Source of the DNA: Acidimicrobiia bacterium
GTDB lineage: Bacteria; Actinomycetota; Acidimicrobiia; Spongiisociales; JAENVV01
Assembly (NCBI GenBank): GCA_041577335.1
Contig: JBFGJH010000023.1
Location: 1-40,590 of the forward strand
Direction of reading: 5' to 3'
DNA length: 40,590 nucleotides
In this document: piece by piece, positions 29,443-38,980 of the stretch
How positions within the stretch are numbered: the stretch's first letter is position 1
Layout of the letters: each line of letters opens with the position of its first letter
Notes under the pieces: model-generated
Databases searched by the model: none
What the model saw: the letters and a program-made list of their open reading frames with translations, nothing else
What the model was told of the DNA's origin: nothing
Program-made: the position numbers and the translations under genes

Positions 29443-31791
29443 TTAGCGGTTCTGAGCTTGCGCCTCTCGGATCAACCGCCATAGCTTGGCGGGCGTCACC
29501 GGCATCTCGGTGATCTCGACCCCGAAGGGTCTCAGCGCGTCGACGACCGCATTGGCCACCGCCGCAGGAGGGGACACGGCAGACCCCTCGCCCGCGCCTT
29601 TGATCCCCATTGGATTCAGCGGCGACAGATGAGTCTCGTGGGCCACTTCGATGAACGGCACGTCCGTTGCAGTGGGCAGGAGGTAATCCATGAAGCTGGC
29701 GTTGAGCAGCTGCCCGTCTTCGCTGTACAGGATCTCCTCAAAGACGCCGTTGCCGATACCGTGCGCGACTCCTCCGTGCTGCTGGCCGTCTACCACCATC
29801 GGGTTGAGGATGCGCCCACAATCATCGACGACAACGTACCTGAGAATCGACAGCAGACCGGTGTCGATATCGACTTCGACAACTGCGACGTGGGTACCGG
29901 AAGAGAACGTAACTGTCGGCGGCACGAAGTAGCTCGTCACCTCGAGACCCGGCTCCATGCCTGCGGGCAGCCGTGACCCTGGTCCAGGCGCCGCCGCCTC
30001 AGCCACCTCCGCCAGCGACAGCCCAACGTCGGGCACACCACGCGGATGCACCACACCGCCATTGATGTCCAAGTCTGAGGGGTCGACTTCGAGGAGCGAC
30101 CCGGCGATGGCCAGGACCTTTTCGCGGAGCCGCCCCGAGGCTTCGTGAACGGCCGACCCGGCCGTCACGGCCGACCTGCTCGCAAAGGTTCCGCCACCGT
30201 GGGCTATCAGCCCGGTATCGCCGGCTCTCACCGTCACATCGTTGGGGGCGACGCCCAGCTCATCGGCCGTGATCTGTGCAAGAACGGTCTCGTGACTCTG
30301 CCCGTGCGGGTTCGACCCAGAATGTACAACGACGTGGCCGCTGAGGTCGATGCGGACCAATGCGCCCTCGTGGGGCCCGAAACCCGAACCTTCCACGTGG
30401 CACGAGATGCCGATCCCGACGTATCGCCCTTCTGCTCGTAGACGGTCTTGGTCGGACCGGAAGGTGTCGTAGTCAACCAGCTGGAGCGCCTTCTGGAGCT
30501 GGGAGGGGTAGTCGCCGGAGTCATACACGACGTTGCCGCCGTCGCGATACAGCATGCCCATGTTGTAGGGCATCTCGTCGCCGGGGATGAGATTGCGCTG
30601 GCGCACATCCGCAGGATCGAGGCCCACCTTGGCCGCCACCATGTCGACGATCCGGTCACACACGAAGGTGGCAGACGTTCGGCCGGCGCCTCGTACAGGT
30701 GTGTTGTCGCGTTTGTTCGTGAGAACGCACAGCCCCTCAGCCCAGAAGTTGTCGATCTTGAACTGATTGCGCAAGTGGGCGGCCGTGTTGTACGAGAGCG
30801 TGATGGCGAACGGGTTGTACGCTCCGGTGTCGATTATGAATCGATCCTTCAGCCCCGTGATCCTCCCTTCATTGGTGTAACAGACTTCCACGTCGTGCAC
30901 CTGGTCACGGGAATGGCGGGCGTTCCCCAGGTTCTCGCGCCGGTCTTCAATCCAACGGATCGGTCGGCCTAGCCTGATAGCCAGGTAGGGGATCAACACC
31001 TCTTCGTTGTAGATGCCGCCGCCGAAGCTCCCGCCCATGTCCGGTGAAATGATGCGGATTGCTTCTTCGGGGAGATGCAGCATCTCCGAGAGGTAGGTGC
31101 GCAGCAGGTGCGGGCGTTGTTGTGTGGCCCAGATCCGTAGGTCGCCTGGGGCCGTGTATTCCGCAACGACACCCCGGGTCTCCATCGGCGAGCCGACTGA
31201 GCGTCCGATCACGATGCGCGTCGAGAGCCTCTGCTCGGCTTGCGCGCACGCCGCGTCCGGATCGCCTGCGCTGACTTCGAACCGGCAATGAACATTGCCG
31301 GGCACCTCCGGGTGAAGTTCCGGTGCGTCATCCGCAAGAGCCTCGTCGATACCGTGAATTCCGGGCAGAGACTGGTAGTCGACGTCAATCAGCTCGAGAG
31401 CGTCCTCCGCGATGTAGCGATTCTCGGCAACGACCACGGCGACGGGTTCGCCAACGCGAAAAACCTTCTCGGTGGCCAGCAACTGCGCCCGGTATGGCCT
31501 GACGATCAGTCCTGTCGCTTCGACAACGTGTTGCGGGATGGTCTTGTAGAACGGACGGGTGAACGGCTCGACGTACCCCTCAATGTCCGCGCTCGTTATG
31601 ACGGCTGCGACGCCAGGCAGCTCCAGGGCCGGGGCGGCATCGATAACTCCGATCACGCCATGGCTGATCGGGCTCCGCAGAACGGCCGCCTCCAACATTC
31701 CCGGCAACCGGATATCTGCGACATAGCGGCCCCGTCCGGTGACCAGCGTCCGATCTTCCCGGCGAGCGACGGGCTGGCCCACAAAGGTCAT
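29443..31791 (-). CDS. Xanthine dehydrogenase/CoxL-family molybdopterin-binding large subunit
   Basis: RRED..LVTGRGRY, GGSFG, PVRGAGR, GQSHET, TFASRS, DCGRILNP, GIKGAGE; ATG 31791 overlaps the small-subunit stop. Confidence 0.93.
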   Translation of the reverse strand: MTFVGQPVARREDRTLVTGRGRYVADIRLPGMLEAAVLRSPISHGVIGVIDAAPALELPGVAAVITSADIEGYVEPFTRPFYKTIPQHVVEATGLIVRPYRAQLLATEKVFRVGEPVAVVVAENRYIAEDALELIDVDYQSLPGIHGIDEALADDAPELHPEVPGNVHCRFEVSAGDPDAACAQAEQRLSTRIVIGRSVGSPMETRGVVAEYTAPGDLRIWATQQRPHLLRTYLSEMLHLPEEAIRIISPDMGGSFGGGIYNEEVLIPYLAIRLGRPIRWIEDRRENLGNARHSRDQVHDVEVCYTNEGRITGLKDRFIIDTGAYNPFAITLSYNTAAHLRNQFKIDNFWAEGLCVLTNKRDNTPVRGAGRTSATFVCDRIVDMVAAKVGLDPADVRQRNLIPGDEMPYNMGMLYRDGGNVVYDSGDYPSQLQKALQLVDYDTFRSDQDRLRAEGRYVGIGISCHVEGSGFGPHEGALVRIDLSGHVVVHSGSNPHGQSHETVLAQITADELGVAPNDVTVRAGDTGLIAHGGGTFASRSAVTAGSAVHEASGRLREKVLAIAGSLLEVDPSDLDINGGVVHPRGVPDVGLSLAEVAEAAAPGPGSRLPAGMEPGLEVTSYFVPPTVTFSSGTHVAVVEVDIDTGLLSILRYVVVDDCGRILNPMVVDGQQHGGVAHGIGNGVFEEILYSEDGQLLNASFMDYLLPTATDVPFIEVAHETHLSPLNPMGIKGAGEGSAVSPPAAVANAVVDALRPFGVEITEMPVTPAKLWRLIREAQAQNR

Positions 31792-32258
31792 GGGTTCTGC
31801 CTCGCGAGTTCCTGAATAGCCAGAACGATATTGTGGTACCCAGTGCATCGACACAGGTTGCCCGAGATCCGCTCGCGGATCTCATGTTCGTCGTCCGATC
31901 CTCCCTCGGCCAGATACTCGACCACGGTCATGATGAAGCCCGGCGTGCAGAATCCGCACTGCAATGCGTGATGGCGAGAGAATGCGTCCTGTACCGGGTG
32001 GAGGCCGCCGTCCGGCCCGACCAGCCCTTCGATCGTGGTGACCCGGTGCCCCTCGGCCTGGACGGCCAGCATGAGGCAGGATCGCACGGAGCGGTCATCA
32101 AGCAAGACCGTGCACGCCCCGCACACCCCGTGTTCGCAGCCGAGGTGGGTGCCGGTGAGACCAGCCACATCGCGGAGGTAATCAGCCAGCGTCATCCTCG
32201 GGTCGACAGTGTCCGTTACGGGGTCGCCGTTGACTTCGAGCGTTACGTCGCGTGTCAT
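31788..32258 (-). CDS. [2Fe-2S] small subunit (CoxS/CutS-like)
   Basis: GCEHGVCGAC...SC, QCGFC, NLCRCTGY. Confidence 0.96.
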   Translation of the reverse strand: MTRDVTLEVNGDPVTDTVDPRMTLADYLRDVAGLTGTHLGCEHGVCGACTVLLDDRSVRSCLMLAVQAEGHRVTTIEGLVGPDGGLHPVQDAFSRHHALQCGFCTPGFIMTVVEYLAEGGSDDEHEIRERISGNLCRCTGYHNIVLAIQELARQNP

Positions 32259-33124
32259 GTGACCCCTGCTCGGTCGCGGGCCAAATGAAGGGCGCGTCTG
32301 GTCAGAACGTAGGCCAGGTTTCGCTTGTAGTCGGCCGGACCATGCACATCGTCGAGCGGAGCAATTGCAGGATCGACAGCCCGGGCTGCCATCTCGAAGA
32401 CCTCGTCGGCCGGCTCCTGATCGAGCAGCATCGATTCAGCGTCGGTGGCTCTGATCGGGGTCAACCCGGCAGCCATGAGCCCAATACGCGCGTCATTGAT
32501 GCGACCATCCGAGATGCGGAGCACCACGCCTGCGCCCGCCATTGCGAAATCTCCGTGCCGGCGGGCTACTTCCAGGAAGGCGGAGCCGGCACCGGCTGAA
32601 GGCAGTTGAAAGCGCAGCCTGGTCAGCATCTCGTCGGGAGCAATGCCCGACTGCATGTACCCGGAAAACATGTCCGGGCCGGCAATTGTCCGCGATGACG
32701 TCGCAGATTCGACCTCGAACTGTGCGTCGAGGAGGAGCGCGATCACGGGCCACTCCGCCGCCGGATCGGCATGAGCGATGCTCCCTCCTACGCTCCCGCG
32801 ATTGCGGATGGCGACGTGGCCGATGTGCGAGATGGCGTCCGCGATCAGGGGACACCGTTCCGCGATCCCGCCCATTTTCTCGATGGCGCGATGGCGTGTG
32901 AGGCTTCCAACGACCAGCGCGCCGTCTTCCATGTGCAGCTCGTCCAACCCGGCGAGCCGATTGATGTCGACGATGACCGCCGGCCTGGCGAGCCGGAACG
33001 CCAAGAGAGGCATGAGACTCTGGCCGCCGGCGAGGATCTTGGCTTCGTCCCCGTGCTCGGCCAGAAGCCCGAGAGCCTCTTCCCGATGTTCGGCACGCCG
33101 ATACTCGAATGGCGGCGGTTTCAC
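32255..33124 (-). CDS. FAD-binding medium subunit (CoxM/CutM-like)
   Basis: KPPPFEY, LAGGQSLMP, IRNRGSVGGS.AHADPAAE, RRHGDFA; start at GTG 33124. Confidence 0.94.
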   Translation of the reverse strand: MKPPPFEYRRAEHREEALGLLAEHGDEAKILAGGQSLMPLLAFRLARPAVIVDINRLAGLDELHMEDGALVVGSLTRHRAIEKMGGIAERCPLIADAISHIGHVAIRNRGSVGGSIAHADPAAEWPVIALLLDAQFEVESATSSRTIAGPDMFSGYMQSGIAPDEMLTRLRFQLPSAGAGSAFLEVARRHGDFAMAGAGVVLRISDGRINDARIGLMAAGLTPIRATDAESMLLDQEPADEVFEMAARAVDPAIAPLDDVHGPADYKRNLAYVLTRRALHLARDRAGVT

Positions 33125-33173
33125 CGTGCGCTCCGGACTGATGACGGTGATGGCCGGCCGAGCAGGTCGCTGG

Positions 33174-34181
33174 TCACGCCGCGAACAGGTCCAGCAAACG
33201 TTGCGCCTGATGGCGTGCCGCCGGACGGAGAACCGCCATCTCGACACCAGCTGCGTGGTAGCGGCTGACACGATCTTTGACTTGTTCGGGCGTCCCCGCC
33301 GCGGTCATGCCCTCTACGTAGCTATCGGGGACGGCCTCCACGAGTGCGTCCTTGCCGCCTTTCTCCCAGGCTTCAACGAACATGGGGAGATCGCTCTCGA
33401 TGATGTACGGTTCTCCCACCCGCATCTTGGGCCCGGCGTTGAACGGCATCTGGATCGGATCGAACTTGGTTGCCACTTCCCAACGAACCGCGTCTAATGC
33501 GGCGTCGTGAGCGTCCTCGATCGAGCAGACCACGATCTGGGCCACGTAGAAGTCGTCCCAACTCCTGCCGGCCTCGTCGACGGATTCCTTGAGGATCTTT
33601 ATGGCGTTGGCCGTGTATTCGGGCGAACAGGCGGCATTCAGCATGACACCGTCTCCGATACGACCGGCCAAACGGAGCCCGGTGGTGCTCGTGGCCGGGA
33701 TGAGGATCGGAATCTCAGTGCGGTAAGGCACGAAGCTGAGTTGGGCGTCATCGAAATTGACATGATCCCCGTGGTACGAGACGTTCCGACCGGTCAGAAC
33801 GAGCCGGATGGCGTCGATCCACTCTTCCAGGGTGCGCGGCGGGGCCAGATGCTCGATGCCGTACCGCGAGGCGTGGGTCTTGGTACACGCACCGGGCGAC
33901 ACCGTCATCCTGCCTTCAGTGAGCTCGTCGAGTGCCGCCAGCGTCTGGGCCATGACGAGGGGGTTGCGGATTCTCACCGTCTGAGTGCACCCCAGGGTGA
34001 GGGTGTCGGTGGCGAGTCCCACCGCCGTCAGGGCAGATACTGAGTCCCGGTTGAGTTCGATGGTCTCCGAGAAGAAGCCCATCTGAAAGCCGCGTTCTTC
34101 GGCCGCTTTCATCAAGGTGGCCATATCCCGAACCGTCATCTTGGGGTCGTATCCAGTCGCGAAACCCACTCCGGACATCAT
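33174..34181 (-). CDS. LLM-class oxidoreductase (Mer-like, possibly F420-dependent)
   Basis: AAEERGF...FSE....RD, RNP...AQTLAALDELTEGR, LRLAGRIGDGVMLN, AAGTPEQV. Confidence 0.85.
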   Translation of the reverse strand: MMSGVGFATGYDPKMTVRDMATLMKAAEERGFQMGFFSETIELNRDSVSALTAVGLATDTLTLGCTQTVRIRNPLVMAQTLAALDELTEGRMTVSPGACTKTHASRYGIEHLAPPRTLEEWIDAIRLVLTGRNVSYHGDHVNFDDAQLSFVPYRTEIPILIPATSTTGLRLAGRIGDGVMLNAACSPEYTANAIKILKESVDEAGRSWDDFYVAQIVVCSIEDAHDAALDAVRWEVATKFDPIQMPFNAGPKMRVGEPYIIESDLPMFVEAWEKGGKDALVEAVPDSYVEGMTAAGTPEQVKDRVSRYHAAGVEMAVLRPAARHQAQRLLDLFAA

Positions 34182-34255
34182 CCCTCCGAACGAACGCTGC
34201 CGGAATACTACAGACCGGCCATCGTCGCAACGAGGGTACGCGCCGGCGGGACCCG

Positions 34256-35905
34256 TCAGGCCCGATCGATCCGTTTCGCCTCGACACCGTAGATGCGCTC
34301 GGCGGCTTCAGGACTGACGAGACCCTCCGCGACATCACTTGCGACCGCATGAGGGTCACGGTCCTGGGGGTCGTAGAAACCGCCGCCGCCGGGCAGCTCG
34401 AGCGTGAAACGGGCGCCTGCCGGGAGTCTGGTACTGAGTTTGGCGCTCTCGACCGACCCTGTTGAGGTGGAGAAACCTCCCTGTCGCCCCGGCATGCCGC
34501 CTTCGTACCCTTCGGCCGCGTATCGAACCCGGTCGGAGAGAGACGCCACGATGAAGGGCTCGTCGGTTCGGACCTCTACCTCGATGCGCTGACCGAGGCC
34601 CCCGCGGTATTTGCCGGGCCCCCCGGAGTCTTGGATCAGCTCTTTGCGTCTGAACACCAGTGGGGCGCTGGTCTCGGTGATTTCGACCGGCGCCGTGGCG
34701 ATACCGCTGGGGAAGCTTGTGGTGGAGAGCCCATCGGCGGCTGGTCGCGCTCCCATGCCACCCGATGCAAAGAACACAGTGACGAAGCGGTTCTCGCCGA
34801 TACCTCGTGTCGTCGTCAACCACACGTTGCCGGCTCCTTCAGCGATGACACGATCGGGAATCACCCGGGCAAGGGCACCCAGCACGGCATGGGGGAGGAA
34901 ATGTCCGACGATATGCCGGGCTGCCACAGCGGCGGGAAAGCGCGGATTGAGGATGGATCCCTCGGGAGCCGTGACCGACACTGGCTGAAAGCTGCCGTCG
35001 TTGTGGGGGATCTGGGGTGACACCGCGCATTTGAGCGCGTAGGACGTGTACGCGGTCGTGTAGTTGAGCACGACGTTCATGCCCCGCTCGACCTGTGGTG
35101 AGCTCCCTGCGTAGTCGACCAGGATCTCGTCGTCGCGGATCTGGACCATGCACTGGATCCGTACGGGCTCGTCGATGCCGTCGGTGTGAATGACTTTCTC
35201 GTAGTCGCCGTCCGGGACCGCGCGGATTGCTTCTCGTGTTGCAGCCTCGGACCGGCTGCGGATCTCGTGGCTGAGCGTTTCCAGACCGTCCAGCTCGAAG
35301 TCGTCCAGGTACTCCAGCAGCCGGTCGGCTCCGACCTGATTCCCGGCGATCTGGGCGTGGATGTCGCCGAGGACTTCGCGCGGTGCCCGCACGTTGGCAC
35401 GGATCAGCTTCAGGAGCTCCTCGTTCGGCTCGCCCCGATCGATCAGTTTCGTGATGGGGATGTACAGACCCTCCTCGAACACCTCGCTGGCATCGGCCGA
35501 CAGGCCCCGACCCCCGATATCGACGGCGTGGCAGCAATTCCCGAAGAAGCCAATAAGGCTGTTGTCGGCAAAGACGGGCGTCACTACCGAAAGGTCGTTG
35601 AGTTGCCCGCTGGTCTGCCACGGGTCGTTTGTGATCAAAACATCGCCGGGTGACAGCCGCTCCGGCGGGAAGACTTTGAGGAAGTGGTGCATGGACGTGG
35701 CCAGCGAGTTGATATGTCCGGGGGTTCCGGTTACGGCCTGTGCAAGCATCCTGCCTCTGGCGTCGAACACCGCTGCGGACAGATCCCCCGACTCGCGCAC
35801 GATGGGAGTGAACGAGGTCCGCTGCAAAGCGGCGGCTTGCTCATTCGCCACCGTGATGAGCCGTGACCAGAGGATCTCGAGCGAGACGGGATCGATGTCA
35901 GCCAT
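34256..35905 (-). CDS. Hydantoinase B / oxoprolinase family subunit
   Basis: FTPIVRESGD, NDPW, HAVDIGG, EEGL.IP, GGMGA, DSGGPGKYRGG, PGGGG. Confidence 0.93.
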   Translation of the reverse strand: MADIDPVSLEILWSRLITVANEQAAALQRTSFTPIVRESGDLSAAVFDARGRMLAQAVTGTPGHINSLATSMHHFLKVFPPERLSPGDVLITNDPWQTSGQLNDLSVVTPVFADNSLIGFFGNCCHAVDIGGRGLSADASEVFEEGLYIPITKLIDRGEPNEELLKLIRANVRAPREVLGDIHAQIAGNQVGADRLLEYLDDFELDGLETLSHEIRSRSEAATREAIRAVPDGDYEKVIHTDGIDEPVRIQCMVQIRDDEILVDYAGSSPQVERGMNVVLNYTTAYTSYALKCAVSPQIPHNDGSFQPVSVTAPEGSILNPRFPAAVAARHIVGHFLPHAVLGALARVIPDRVIAEGAGNVWLTTTRGIGENRFVTVFFASGGMGARPAADGLSTTSFPSGIATAPVEITETSAPLVFRRKELIQDSGGPGKYRGGLGQRIEVEVRTDEPFIVASLSDRVRYAAEGYEGGMPGRQGGFSTSTGSVESAKLSTRLPAGARFTLELPGGGGFYDPQDRDPHAVASDVAEGLVSPEAAERIYGVEAKRIDRA

Positions 35906-37961
35906 GGATCACGACCCCGAGATTGCCGGACTCATCGAGAGTCCCCAGCCCGCCTGGCCCGATCACGACGGTCGACTCCCGCTCCTCGACGACGGCCGGA
36001 CCCTTGATCTCGTAACCCGGTTCTAGGGCATACCGATCGAAGACTGCCGCGTCGACGATCTCACTGGATTCAGCAAACCACATTCGGCGGTCGCCTTTGT
36101 GCGGATCACCACCAGCGTGGGCGAGCTGCATGCGAGGCTGGTCGGCGTCGCCGGCCACACGCACGCGCCACGTCAGGAGCTCTGCCTCGACGTCGGGCGG
36201 GCGGGAGCCGAACAGCTGCAGGTAGTGCGTTTCGAAGGCACGGCGTATGAGCTCTGAGTTCAGCTGCGGAACGCTGGTTCCGAGTTCGACCGTGACCGAG
36301 TCTCCCTGGCCGTGGTATCTGACGTCGGCGCCGATCGATACGTGCAGATTCTGCGGGTCACGCCCGGTAGCGGCCAGTTGCGCCCGGCCATCGGCGATCA
36401 TGTCGTTCAGCGCGCGGTACGTTTCATCCCAAGATATCTGCTCGACCACCGACGGCAGGCTTCGCACATAGTCGAAAGACGGGGGAGCCGTGAGCATGCC
36501 AAACGCAGACGCGACTCCGGCGTTTGGTGGGAACACGAGGCGGGTTACGCCGAGAGAGCGCGCCACACCCCAGGCATGGACCGGTCCGGCGCCCCCGGTC
36601 GCAACGATGACGTACCTCCGGATGTCTCGCCCGCGCTCGATGGCGTGCATACGGGCTGCGCTCGCCATGTTCTCGTTGACGACCCGGTGGATGGCGGCGG
36701 CGGCTTCGATCAACGACAACCCGAGCCGCGTGCCTAGACCGGAGATTGCCCGGCGGGCGGCGTCGAGGTCGAGCGGCATGGCGCCGCCGAGGAAGAAGTT
36801 GGGATCGAGATACCCGAGTATCAGGTCGGCGTCGGTGACGGTGGGATCGGTTCCACCCCGCCCGTAGCAGGCCGGCCCCGGGTCTGACGAAGCGCTGTCC
36901 GGTCCCACCTTCGGCAACTCGAACGGTCCCACCCGAGCGATACTGCCGCCGCCGGCGCCGATCTCTATGAGGTCGACGACGGGAACGCGGATCGGCATTC
37001 CACTGCCCTTGGTAAACCGGTACACCCGTGCTGTCTCGTGCTCGCGGGCGATGAGCGGCTGGCCGTCATCGACAAGGCCGGCTTTGGCGGTGGTGCCACC
37101 CATGTCGAAAGCCAGGACCGAGTCCGTCCCGTGTTCTGCCCCGAAATGGCCGGCTGCCAGCACGCCGGCCGCAGGGCCTGATTCGAGCAGGCGCACCGGG
37201 AATCGCCGCGCAACATCGGTGGTTGCGAGCCCGCCGGTCGAGAGCATGATGTGGAGCGGCGCGCTGATGCCGTCGCGGCGCAGTTCGTCCTCGAGCTTTT
37301 TCAGATAGCGGTCTACGACCGGGAGGACAAAAGCGTTCGCAACAGTTGTCGAAGTCCGATGAAACTCACCAACCTCCGGCGAGACGTCACTAGAGAGTGA
37401 AACGGCCGCGTTCGGCATCAGCTCGGAGAGGACATCAGCGACGAGTCGCTCGTGTTCGGGGTGGAGGTACGAATGCAGGAAGCACACCGCCACCGCTTCG
37501 ATGCCATCGGCACGCAGCCGCGGAACCAGGGCTTCAACGTCGCTGCGGTCCAGAGGCGTATCAATTGTGCCATCGGCCAGCACACGCTCGGCGACCGCGT
37601 ACCGGCGGCGACGCGGGGTTAGCGGTTCCGGGAGTTCGATGAAAAGGTCATACAGGTCGTACCGTTGCTCCCGACCCGTGGTTAGGACGTCTATGAAGCC
37701 TTCGCTCGTGACCAACGCGGTTCTCGCGCCTTTTCGCTCTATCAGTGAGTTCGAAACGAGCGTGGTTCCATGGACGATTTCCGTCATGAGGTGGGGTTGC
37801 CAACCTTCGAGAAGCTCGCGCAGTCCCAGCGCGACGCCCTCGGATGGGTCCGGGTAGGTCGTGAGCGTCTTGACGGTTCCTTCGAGGGTTTCGTTACGTA
37901 CGAGCGCAAGATCGGTGAAGGTCCCTCCGATATCCACCGCGATCCGAGTTGCCTGCTGCAC
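35898..37961 (-). CDS. Hydantoinase A / oxoprolinase family ATP-binding subunit
   Basis: DIGGTFTD, HGTT, ESGPAAG, DMGGTT, IGAGGGS, PGPACYGRGG, TVTDA; start placed at GTG 37961. Confidence 0.93.
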   Translation of the reverse strand: MQQATRIAVDIGGTFTDLALVRNETLEGTVKTLTTYPDPSEGVALGLRELLEGWQPHLMTEIVHGTTLVSNSLIERKGARTALVTSEGFIDVLTTGREQRYDLYDLFIELPEPLTPRRRRYAVAERVLADGTIDTPLDRSDVEALVPRLRADGIEAVAVCFLHSYLHPEHERLVADVLSELMPNAAVSLSSDVSPEVGEFHRTSTTVANAFVLPVVDRYLKKLEDELRRDGISAPLHIMLSTGGLATTDVARRFPVRLLESGPAAGVLAAGHFGAEHGTDSVLAFDMGGTTAKAGLVDDGQPLIAREHETARVYRFTKGSGMPIRVPVVDLIEIGAGGGSIARVGPFELPKVGPDSASSDPGPACYGRGGTDPTVTDADLILGYLDPNFFLGGAMPLDLDAARRAISGLGTRLGLSLIEAAAAIHRVVNENMASAARMHAIERGRDIRRYVIVATGGAGPVHAWGVARSLGVTRLVFPPNAGVASAFGMLTAPPSFDYVRSLPSVVEQISWDETYRALNDMIADGRAQLAATGRDPQNLHVSIGADVRYHGQGDSVTVELGTSVPQLNSELIRRAFETHYLQLFGSRPPDVEAELLTWRVRVAGDADQPRMQLAHAGGDPHKGDRRMWFAESSEIVDAAVFDRYALEPGYEIKGPAVVEERESTVVIGPGGLGTLDESGNLGVVIHG

Positions 37962-37986
37962 CCACCACCCCGTTGGCGTGTTCGCG

Positions 37987-37996
37987 AAGCTAGCAT
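37987..37996. promoter_or_regulatory. Overlapping divergent -10 hexamers between hydantoinase A and the SDR
   Basis: Minus TAGCTT (37992-37987) and plus TAGCAT (37991-37996) in a 78-bp gap. Confidence 0.4.
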
Positions 37997-38039
37997 CGCC
38001 CGGGCCGGGGCAGACGTAGGCAGATACCGGCGCCACCCA

Positions 38040-38804
38040 TTGACTAACGACGGCGATCCCTTCAGGCTGGACGATCTCACCGTGCTCGTCACCGGTGCGA
38101 GTCGCGGCATTGGACGCGCTATTGCCGTCGGCATGGCTCGGGCGGGTGCTGACGTTCTCGTACTCGCCCGCTCCGAATCCGACCTCGACTCTGTCGCCGA
38201 CGAGGTGGCAGCGGTCGGATCGGATGCGCACGCCATCGTCTGCGACGTGGCGGATGTTGCTGCCATTCATGGCGCCGTTCTTCAGGCGTGGGAATGGAAG
38301 AGCGGCGTCGATGTGCTCGTGAACGCAGCGGGAATCATCATTCGATCCGACCCCCCATCGGTGAGTGCCGCTGAGTGGGACCGTGTTCACGCCGTGAACG
38401 CCCGGGCGCCGTTCTTCTTCTGTCAATGGATCGGTGAACGCATGCTGAAGGGGCGGGGTGGATCGATCGTCAATGTGACGTCTCTGGCCGGCGAAGTGGC
38501 CACAGGAGCGGCCGTCACGTACCAGTCCAGCAAGGCCGCTCTGATCCAGCTGACCCGGGCGCTCGCTTCTCGGTGGGGCCCAGAGGTCAGGGTGAATTGT
38601 GTAGGTCCGGGCTACGTCAGAACTGCCCTGAACGAGGACTGGTTGGCGCAACCCGGCCACACCGAATACGTCGTCGAGCGCACCGCACTCCAACGGGTCG
38701 GTAGTCCGGAGGATGTGGTGGGCGCCACGGTGTTTCTGGCGTCGCCGGCAGCTGCGTACATCACCGGGCAGCATGTACGGGTCGACGGGGGTTGGGGCCG
38801 CTGA
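38040..38804 (+). CDS. Classical short-chain dehydrogenase/reductase
   Basis: TGASRGIG, NAAG, catalytic YQSSK, PG, ITGQ...VDGG; start (TTG 38040) uncertain. Confidence 0.92.
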   Translation: MTNDGDPFRLDDLTVLVTGASRGIGRAIAVGMARAGADVLVLARSESDLDSVADEVAAVGSDAHAIVCDVADVAAIHGAVLQAWEWKSGVDVLVNAAGIIIRSDPPSVSAAEWDRVHAVNARAPFFFCQWIGERMLKGRGGSIVNVTSLAGEVATGAAVTYQSSKAALIQLTRALASRWGPEVRVNCVGPGYVRTALNEDWLAQPGHTEYVVERTALQRVGSPEDVVGATVFLASPAAAYITGQHVRVDGGWGR

Positions 38805-38980
38805 CGCGTCCCCAAGCCGGTTGCTGCTACCTCATCGGACGCGAGCCTCATGGACCTTCGCATGATCCACGCAACCCGCCCCTTGCAGCTGATGCCGGAC
38901 CCGGGCCATGATGTCGCAGTGTTGTTGCCCTGAGCGACGACACCAATGCCGCTGCGTGAATCCGACGGGAGGTGGAGGCC

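Noticed and set aside
29443..33124. Aerobic CO dehydrogenase (coxMSL)
   Set aside because: The gene order fits, but AYxCSFR is absent and no coxDEFG genes are present.
37962..38774. Apparent 271-aa N-terminal extension making hydantoinase A 958 aa
   Set aside because: It is the antisense of the SDR gene; family similarity starts at RIAVDIGGTFTD.
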